Source: Thermoflexus hugenholtzii JAD2
GTDB taxonomy: Bacteria > Chloroflexota > UBA11872 > UBA12225
Direction of reading: 5' to 3'
Length of the DNA: 64,000 bases
Assembly (NCBI GenBank): GCA_945865725.1
Contig: CAMBEO010000001.1
Coordinates: 51,102-115,101, forward strand
Part shown: positions 37,250-45,000 of the stretch, piece by piece
Position numbering within the stretch: position 1 is the first letter of the stretch
Layout: the number at the start of each line of letters is the position of its first letter
Program-made: the position numbers and the translations under genes
The notes under the pieces: generated by a model
The model's database searches: none
Told to the model about the DNA's origin: nothing
The model's input: only the letters and a program-made list of their open reading frames with translations

Positions 37250-38413
37250 GTGACCACCTCCCGCGCCGCGACGGCACCGACGGTCCTCCGCACCCGGCAC
37301 GGCGACCTGGCCCTCCCCTGCTTCCTGCCCGATGCCACGCGCGCGACCGTTCGGGCCGTCGACTCCGGCGACCTGCGCGGGATCGGGATCGACGGCATCG
37401 TCGTCAACGCCTTCCACTTGCTGCGCGCGCCCGGCACCCGCCTCGTCAAGGCCGCCGGGGGCATCCATCGCTTCATGGACTGGGACCGCCCGGTCATCAG
37501 CGACTCCGGTGGCTTCCAGGTCTACTCGCTCATCCGCCAGGACCCGGCCAACGGCACCATCCGACCGAACGAGGTGATCTTCAAGGAACCGTCCACCGGC
37601 GAGAAGGTCATCCTCTCGCCCGAGAAGGTCATCCTCTCGCAACTCCAACTTGGCAGTGACGTCCTGTACTGCCTCGACGACTGCACCGACGCCGAGGACG
37701 ACCTCGCCGAACAGGCGCTCGCCGTCGACCGGACCGTCCGGTGGGCCGCGAAGGCCCGTGCGACCTTCGACGCGCAGGTGCGTCCGGTACGGCGCCGGGC
37801 GACGCGCGACGACCCGCCCACGGAGGCCGGGCACCTCGACGGCACGCGCCCGTACCTGTTCGGTGTCGTGCAAGGCGGCGGTTCGGCGGCGTTGCGTCAC
37901 GAGTGCGCGCAGGCCCTCGTCGCGATCGGCTTCGACGGCTACGGCTACGGTGGGTGGCCCTTCACGCCCGACGGGTCGTTGCGCGTGGAAATGCTCGCCG
38001 CCGTTGCTGAGGCCCTGCCGCCGGGGACGCCGTTGCACGCCCTCGGCATCGGACGGCCCGACCACGTCGTGCGCGCCCACGCCCTCGGGTACACGATCTT
38101 CGACTGCACCCTGCCGACGCGCGACGCCCGTCGCGCACGCCTCTACGCGTGGCGCCCCGGCTACCCGGCGCGGCGGCCGCGCCCCGGTGACGACTTCTTC
38201 GAGGCCCACTACCTCCTCGACCAGGTGCATGCCAACGACTTCCGCCCCGTCGACGAGACCTGCGATTGCCCCGCGTGCGCGCGCCACACCCGCGCGTACC
38301 TGCGCCACCTGTTCAAGGTCGGCGATGCCGTCGCCTGGCGCCTCGCGACGCTCCACAACCTGCGCTTCTACGTCCGGTTGATGGAGTCGCTCCGGACGCC
38401 CGAACCCGGGTAG
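37250..38413 (+). CDS. tgt: tRNA-guanine transglycosylase (queuine tRNA-ribosyltransferase)
   Basis: DSGGFQV, LGSDVLYCLDDC, ...GVVQGG..., GIGRPDHV, FDCTLPTRDAR and Zn site CDCPAC..H.RAYLRHL. GTG start 1 nt after the upstream stop. Confidence 0.9.
   Translation: MTTSRAATAPTVLRTRHGDLALPCFLPDATRATVRAVDSGDLRGIGIDGIVVNAFHLLRAPGTRLVKAAGGIHRFMDWDRPVISDSGGFQVYSLIRQDPANGTIRPNEVIFKEPSTGEKVILSPEKVILSQLQLGSDVLYCLDDCTDAEDDLAEQALAVDRTVRWAAKARATFDAQVRPVRRRATRDDPPTEAGHLDGTRPYLFGVVQGGGSAALRHECAQALVAIGFDGYGYGGWPFTPDGSLRVEMLAAVAEALPPGTPLHALGIGRPDHVVRAHALGYTIFDCTLPTRDARRARLYAWRPGYPARRPRPGDDFFEAHYLLDQVHANDFRPVDETCDCPACARHTRAYLRHLFKVGDAVAWRLATLHNLRFYVRLMESLRTPEPG
37601..37642. repeat. in-frame 21-bp tandem duplication inside tgt
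   Basis: gagaaggtcatcctctcgccc followed by gagaaggtcatcctctcgcaa gives EKVILSP-EKVILSQ. Confidence 0.9.
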
Positions 38414-38436
38414 GGCGTGGGAGTGGGAGGTGGTGC

Positions 38437-38478
38437 TTCCCTCTCCCGCCGCAGCGGGGGAGGGATTGAGGGTGGAGG
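38437..38478. repeat. family-A hairpin repeat downstream of tgt
   Basis: cttccctctcccgccgcagcgggggagggattgagggtggagg. Confidence 0.75.
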
Positions 38479-38514
38479 CCGTTCTGGGGTCGCCTACGCG
38501 TCAGCGTCCCGCGG

Positions 38515-40578
38515 CTACGGCGGGAGAAGCGCGGATGGGTCCCCGTCATCGACATCGAACGCGCCCGGGTCCACCGCGAGGGCGTCCAGCCACCTCGCGA
38601 TCGCCTCGTCCCCGGGAGGGGCCGTCCTCGCCATCATCACGTGCGGGCGGGCACGCGAACGTTGTGTCCGCCGGGCGATGATCGCGTCCCGGGCGGCGTC
38701 GGGCGCGACCGGCGCAGGTGCCCCGCCAACCCACGAACCCTCGACCACTCGCCACTCGCGGCGCGCGACCAACCGCCCGTCGCGCGTGAGGAAGGTGACG
38801 ACGGACGGGTCGTCCGGGCCGGACCGCGCCTCGGCCCGGCAGGCGAGCAGCAGCCACGCGCCTCGGGGCACGTCGGCGAGGGGTCGCACGTCGACGCGCA
38901 AGCGCACGACCTTCCGGCGGGTCTGCTCGAGCCACGCGACGGCCCCAGCGTCGGCAGGCATCGCGCGCAGGCCCGCATCGATCGCCACCAGCGCCGCGTC
39001 GCGTCCGCCCGCCAGCCAAGCGCGCCCAAGGTCGACCGCCCGGGCGTACTCCTCCGGCGTCACGTGGGGGGCGCAGGGTGCCGGGCACGTGCCTTGCCCG
39101 TACAGGAGGCACGGCACGCGCAGGCGGGCGGACCGCGCCGGCAGCGTGCGCGTGCATGGCCGGATGCCGAACGCCCGCACGACCGTTCGCGCCGCCTTCC
39201 GCGCATCGGCGCTTGTCCGGTATGGCCCGAACGTCGCCTCCGCCGGATGCGTCGACGGGTCGCGCGTGCCCCCGATCCGCGGGAACGGCCCGGTAGCGTC
39301 GAGGACGAGGTACGGCGGCCCGTGCCGGGCGGTCGCCTGCACGTTGTAGGGCGGGCGCGTTTCCCCGATCATCGACTGTTCGAGGATCGCCGCGTCGAGT
39401 TCGCAGGCGGTCGCCTCATGCGACACGGCGGCGGCGCGCGTCAGGAGGGCATCGCCCCGCGCCGTCGCACCGGTCCCCGCGAAGTGTTGCGCGACGCGCG
39501 CGCGCAAGTTCGCCGCCTTCCCCACGTACAGGACGGCACCGGCCGCGTCGTGGAACCGGTAGACGCCCGGCCCCTCCGGGAGGAACGCCCCCGGCGCGGT
39601 CGCGGAGATCGCGCCGGTCGCCACGCGCCAACCAAGGGTCGGCGCCGCGTCCACATGCCCGCCGGGCAAGGCGGGGGCAAGGGAATGGGTCGCCGCGTCG
39701 CCCCGCTCGGCCTGCCGCGCACATAGCGCCAGCCAGATTCCAGCCACCTGACGTGCCCGTTCCGGCGCCCGGTCGCGACGGACCGGCGGCACCCCGAGGG
39801 CCGACGTCACGCGGTCGAGGCTTGGCCGGATGAGGCCCGGAAGGACCGCCCGCGCCAGTGCCTCCGTGTCGATGACCGTCATCCCTCGCCGGTACGGCGG
39901 CGCCACGCCATGCCACCGCGCGAGCACCCCTAGGGCGTCGAGGACCGTGGCGACGTCATGCCCGATGACGGTGGTGCCCGCGATCAGGCCAGCCATCTCC
40001 TCGAGGACGGCGGTCACGGGGGGCGCGCCCTCGAATGCCTCGGGTTCGAGGCCCGCGCGTTCCAACACGGTCATCGGCAGTCGCACGTGCCCGGTCACCC
40101 CGGGGTCGGGGTTGGCCAGCGACGACCACGTCATCGCGATAGTCCCGGCCTCGATCCGCACGACGGCCGCCTCGACCAATCGCAGTCGCCCACCGCGCGA
40201 CCCGGCGAGCAGGACCGCGAGGGCCGAGACTGGGCCAACCGGTTGCACCTCGACGGAACTCCGCGCCCAGTCCAACGCCGATGCCGATCCCGAAGCCAGC
40301 TCCGTCGGTGCCGACGCGTGCCCGGGCACGTCGGGTGCGGGTCCGGTCGTTGGCGACGGGAGACGGACCGTGGCGAACCACCGGCCGTCGGCGGCCACCG
40401 TCGCGTCGCCGCGGGACACCAGGCGGTCCAGCAGCGCGCCGGCCCGGTCGACGACCGCCGCGAGGCGCACCGACGCCGCCCCGAACAGCGCCGCGGAGAG
40501 GTCGGCCGCGGTCAGGCCGGTCGGGGACGCCTCGAGGACCGCGCGTGCCCGGTCGGCAAGCGTGCCGGGATCAGTCAC
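38515..40578 (-). CDS. Cho/UvrC-N-terminal-like GIY-YIG nuclease fused to a DnaQ-like (apparently degenerate) exonuclease domain
   Basis: GIY-YIG block: GPGVYRFHDAAGAVLYVGKAANLRARVAQHF...ELDAAILEQSMIGETRPPYNV. UvrC Cys block: CPAPCAPHVTPEEYARAV. Upstream domain has VIGHDVATVLDAL (ExoII-like), but no clear D.E ExoI motif was seen. Confidence 0.65.
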   Translation of the reverse strand: MTDPGTLADRARAVLEASPTGLTAADLSAALFGAASVRLAAVVDRAGALLDRLVSRGDATVAADGRWFATVRLPSPTTGPAPDVPGHASAPTELASGSASALDWARSSVEVQPVGPVSALAVLLAGSRGGRLRLVEAAVVRIEAGTIAMTWSSLANPDPGVTGHVRLPMTVLERAGLEPEAFEGAPPVTAVLEEMAGLIAGTTVIGHDVATVLDALGVLARWHGVAPPYRRGMTVIDTEALARAVLPGLIRPSLDRVTSALGVPPVRRDRAPERARQVAGIWLALCARQAERGDAATHSLAPALPGGHVDAAPTLGWRVATGAISATAPGAFLPEGPGVYRFHDAAGAVLYVGKAANLRARVAQHFAGTGATARGDALLTRAAAVSHEATACELDAAILEQSMIGETRPPYNVQATARHGPPYLVLDATGPFPRIGGTRDPSTHPAEATFGPYRTSADARKAARTVVRAFGIRPCTRTLPARSARLRVPCLLYGQGTCPAPCAPHVTPEEYARAVDLGRAWLAGGRDAALVAIDAGLRAMPADAGAVAWLEQTRRKVVRLRVDVRPLADVPRGAWLLLACRAEARSGPDDPSVVTFLTRDGRLVARREWRVVEGSWVGGAPAPVAPDAARDAIIARRTQRSRARPHVMMARTAPPGDEAIARWLDALAVDPGAFDVDDGDPSALLPP

Positions 40579-40624
40579 CGGTCGGCACCGCCCGGTCGCC
40601 GTCCCGTCAGCCTGACTTGCCCGG

Positions 40625-41521
40625 TCACCCGTCGGGCGACGGCGTGTCGGGCGCCAGCGGCGTCAGCAGCGTCCCGCGTTGCAGCTTCGGCACCAGCGAC
40701 GCGTGGAAGTAGTTCCGCGCCCGCACCCGCGCGAACCGCGCCAGCATCGGGCCGCCACGAAACGTCAACCGGTCGCCATCCTGCACGGCCACCGCCGGGC
40801 CCCCATCGACGGACAGGACCGCCTCCTTGCCGGCGGGTGCCGATCCCAGCGATACCTGCACGTCGATCTGGGTCGAGGCGCCGAAGACCAGCGGGTTGCG
40901 GAAGCTGACGAACGGCAGGACCGGCGTCAGCACCAGCACGGCCATGTCCGGCGGAATGACTGGCCCGCCAGACGCGAGGTTCGACCCGGTGCTTCCCGTC
41001 GGCGTCGCGATCAGCAGGCCGTCGGCGGCGAAGCTGGTCAGGTACTGCCCGCCGACCCACGTGTTCAGGCGCACGATGTGGTTCGCCGGCCCGCGGCCGA
41101 CGACCGCGTCGTTGATCGCGAGGTGCGACCCGATCCGCTCCCCCTGCCGCTGGTGGTCGATCTGGAGCGTGACCCGTTCCTCGACCCAGTAGTTCCCGTC
41201 GAGGAGGGCCTGCCAACCTGGCCCCATGTCGTCTGGCGCGAACTCGGCCAGGAAGCCGACCCGCCCCAGGTTGACGCCAGCGACCGGCACGCCATGCGGC
41301 GAGGCGACTCGCGCCGCGCGGATCAGCGTGCCGTCACCCCCGAAACACAGGACGACGTCGGTCCCGTCGAGGCACGGGTCGACCTCTGTCAGGTCCCACG
41401 ACGACGCCTCCCAGACGTCGACCCCGCGACCACGCGCGACGGCAGCGGCCTCGTCGGCAAGCGGGCCGGACTCCGGCCGGTGGGGACTTCGCACGATGCC
41501 CACGCGGCAGGGTTTGTCCAC
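40625..41521 (-). CDS. nadK: NAD+ kinase
   Basis: DVVLCFGGDGTLIRAAR...VAGVNLGRVGFLAEF...DGLLIATPTGSTGSNLASGGPVIPP. GTG start at 41521 was chosen to avoid overlap with the upstream small gene. Confidence 0.85.
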   Translation of the reverse strand: MDKPCRVGIVRSPHRPESGPLADEAAAVARGRGVDVWEASSWDLTEVDPCLDGTDVVLCFGGDGTLIRAARVASPHGVPVAGVNLGRVGFLAEFAPDDMGPGWQALLDGNYWVEERVTLQIDHQRQGERIGSHLAINDAVVGRGPANHIVRLNTWVGGQYLTSFAADGLLIATPTGSTGSNLASGGPVIPPDMAVLVLTPVLPFVSFRNPLVFGASTQIDVQVSLGSAPAGKEAVLSVDGGPAVAVQDGDRLTFRGGPMLARFARVRARNYFHASLVPKLQRGTLLTPLAPDTPSPDG

Positions 41522-41577
41522 GGCGCGGAGTCTAGCCCTTCCCGCCGACGCCTCCTCATGGCGAGTGCGACCGCGGC

Positions 41578-41796
41578 CTAAGACTTCGTGCGCCCCTTCC
41601 CCTTGCACTTCGGGCACTCGCCCTCGACGCGGTGCCACCCACCGGGCTTCGACGGGTCCGGCCAATGTTCCGAGACGTGGCCGGACCCCCGGCATCGGGT
41701 GCACGTCACGGTATTCGTCCCGAGGAAGCGCGGTACGACCCACACCATCACGACCATCGCAATCCCGCCGATGATCAGCCCGATCGTGCCGTCCAT
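41578..41796 (-). CDS. small membrane-anchored zinc-ribbon protein (72 aa)
   Basis: N-terminal TM GLIIGGIAMVVMVWVV followed by CTRCRGSG...CPKCKGKG (two CxxC pairs). Confidence 0.45.
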   Translation of the reverse strand: MDGTIGLIIGGIAMVVMVWVVPRFLGTNTVTCTRCRGSGHVSEHWPDPSKPGGWHRVEGECPKCKGKGRTKS

Positions 41797-42013
41797 GCGC
41801 CCTGAGCCTCCCGCGCCGCGCCCTCTAGACTTTCCAGACCCGCCCCGGTTTGCCCCGGGACGAGTGAGCCTGAACCATTGCGGGTCGCCGTCCGAGGCCC
41901 CACACTAGCACCGGCACGTCCGGGCCGCGGCAACCCGCGGCGGCGGACGATATCGTCGGTCAACGCCCGGTCGGGCCTTCCCCGCGCGCACCACCCCGGA
42001 GTTTCACGTATCC

Positions 42014-45000
42014 ATGGCCCGCCGTCCAAGTGCCGCCGCCGACCCCGTCGCTCCCGCCGACGCCGCCGGCCCGGACTTCGTGCATTTACACGTTCATTCA
42101 GAGTACTCGCTCCTCGACGGCCTCGGGCGGATCGACGGGATCGTGGGTCGGGCCGCGGCCCTTGGGCAACCGGCGATCGCCCTCACCGACCATGGGAACC
42201 TGCACGGCGTCGTCGAGTTTGACGTCGCCGCCCGCAAGGCAGGCGTCAAGCCGATCATCGGGTGCGAGGTCTACGTCGCCCCGCGCACCATGGGCGACCG
42301 CGAACCCAAGGTTGACGACCGCCCCTTCCACCTCACGCTCCTCGCGCGCGACCAGGAGGGCTACCAGAACCTCCTGCGCCTCGTCTCGACGGCGAGCATC
42401 GAGGGCTTCTACTACCGGCCGCGCATCGACAAGGCCCTCCTCGAACGCCACGCCGGGGGCCTCGTCGCCCTCTCCGGGTGCATGTCGGGCGAACTCTCGC
42501 GCCTCCTCCTCGACGGGCAAGTCGAGGCCGCGCGCCGCGTCGCCGCCTGGCACGCCGACCTCTTCGGGCGCGACCACTACTTCATCGAGGTGCAGGACCA
42601 GGGCCTCGACCGCCAGCCCGAACTCAACCGGGGCCTCGTCGACATCGCGCGCCACCTCGGCGTCCGGGTCGTCGCCACGAACGATGCGCATTACGTCGCC
42701 CAGTCGGACCACCGCGCGCACGACATCCTCCTGTGCATCCAGACCGGGGCGACGGTGGACCAGCCGAACCGCATGCGCCTCGGGTCCGAACAGTTCCACC
42801 TCCGGTCCGGCGCCGAGATGGCCCGCGCCTTCTCCGGCTTGCCCGAGGCCCTCGCCAACACCCTCCTCGTCGCGGAACAGGTCAACCTCGACCTCGACTT
42901 CTCGCGCGTCAACCTGCCGCGGTTCGACCTGCCGGACGGCCAGACGCCATCGAGCTACCTCCGCGAGTTGAGCTTCAAGGGCATCGAGGCGCGCTACGGG
43001 GGCGTCTCCGAGGAGCAGCGCGCGCGCCTCGCGTACGAGCTCGACGTCATCGACCGCACGGGCTACCCCCTGTACTTCCTGATCGTCGCCGACTACGTCC
43101 GCTTCGCCCGTGAACGCGGCATCCTCGCCATGCCTCGCGGGTCGGTCGCCGGGTCCCTCGTCATCCATGCCCTCGGCGTGTGCGACATCGACCCCCTCGC
43201 CTATCGCCTGATGTTCGAGCGCTTCCTCCACGACGAGCGCATCGGCATGCCCGACATCGACATGGACTTCGCCGACGACCGTCGCGAGGAGGTCATCCGC
43301 TACGTCCAGGAGAAGTACGGCCGGGACCGGGTCGCCCAGATCATCACCTTCGGCACCATGGCCGCCCGCGCCGCCGTCCGCGACGTCGCCCGCGTCATGG
43401 GCCTGAGCTTCTCGGAAGTCAACCCGATCGCCCGCGCCATCCCGTTCGGCGCGTCGCTCGCCGAGGCGCGCGAGACGCCCGACCTCAAGGCGATGGCCGA
43501 CCGCGACCCGCGCATCGCCGAGGTCCTCGACCTCGCGCAAGGCGTCGAAGGCGTCTCCCGCAACGCCTCCACCCACGCCGCCGGCATCGTCATCTCCCGC
43601 GACCCTCTGGTCGAGCACGTGCCCCTGCAACGCGGCCCGAAGGGCGACGAGACCATCGTCACCCAGTGGGCCATGGGCGCCGTCGAGCAGGCCGGCATGC
43701 TCAAGATGGACTTCCTCGGCCTGGCCAACCTCACGATCGTCGACCGCACCCTCCGCATCCTCAAGGAGGCCAACGGCCTCGACCTCGACCTGAACTCAAT
43801 CCCCACCGACGAGTCGCACCCGGACGCGGCCAAGGCCTTCGCCATGCTTGGCGAGGGCGAGACGACGGCGGTGTTCCAGCTGGAAAGTGACGGGATGCGC
43901 CGGTGCCTCCGGGGCCTCCGCCCAAACCAGGTGAGCGACCTGATCGCCATCGTCGCCCTCTACCGCCCCGGCCCGATGGACAACATCCCTGCCTTCACCG
44001 CCGCCAAGAACGGCCACGTGCCCGTCCGCTACCTCCACCCCGTCCTCAAGCCCATCCTCGAGGAGACCTACGGCGTCTGCGTCTACCAGGACCAGGTCTT
44101 GCTCATGGTTCGCGAGGTCGCCGGCTTCACGTGGGGCGAGGCCGACGTCCTCCGCAAGGCCATGGGCAAGAAGATCCCTGCCCTCATGGCCGAGCAGGAG
44201 GAGAAGTTCCATACCAGCGCCGTCGCGCGGGGCTTCGACCCGCACGTCGTACAGGCCCTCTGGGACATCATCGCCCCGTTCGCTGGCTACGGCTTCCCGA
44301 AGGGTCACGCCGCCGCCTACGCCGTCCTCGCCTACCAGACCGCCTACCTGAAGGCGAACTATCCCGGCGCCTACATGGCGGCCGTCCTGACCTCCACCGC
44401 CGGCACGCCCGACAAGGTTTCCGAGGCGATCCACGAGTGCCGCCGCCTCGGCGTGGACATCGGAGCGCCCGACGTGAACCGGAGCGCGCAGGGCTTCACC
44501 CTCGAGCCGGGCGACGACGGCACGACGGCCGTGCGCTTCGGCTTCTCCGGCATCAAGTTCGTCGGTGCCGGCGCGGTCGAGGCCCTCATCGCCGAGCGCG
44601 ACCGGGGCGGCCACTTCGCCGACATCCCCGACCTGTGCGCGCGGATCGACCTGCGCCAATGGAACAAGCGCGCCCTCGAAAGCCTCGTCAAGGCCGGCGC
44701 CCTCGACGCCTTCGGCGACCGCCCGGCGATGCTTGCAGGACTCGATGCCTCGATCAGCGCCGGCCAGCAAGCGAGCCGCGCGCGCCAGAGCGGCCAGACC
44801 TCCCTGTTCGACCTGTTCGGCGGCGGCCCGGCGTCTCCCCTCGGGAGAGGGGCAGGGGGTGAGGGCGCAGGGCAGGGGGCGGGGTCCCGTCCGGCCGGAC
44901 CGAAGTCGATGCCCGTGCGCGACGCCTCCCTTCTCACCGTCCCCGAACGGCGCCAGGCCCTCGCCTGGGAGAAGGAATCCCTCGGCCTCTACTTGAGCGA

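Noticed and set aside
41522-41743. N-terminal extension of the nadK ORF to 41743.
   Set aside because: It would overlap the small zinc-ribbon gene and adds Arg/Gly/Pro-rich sequence. NAD kinase similarity begins near the GTG at 41521.
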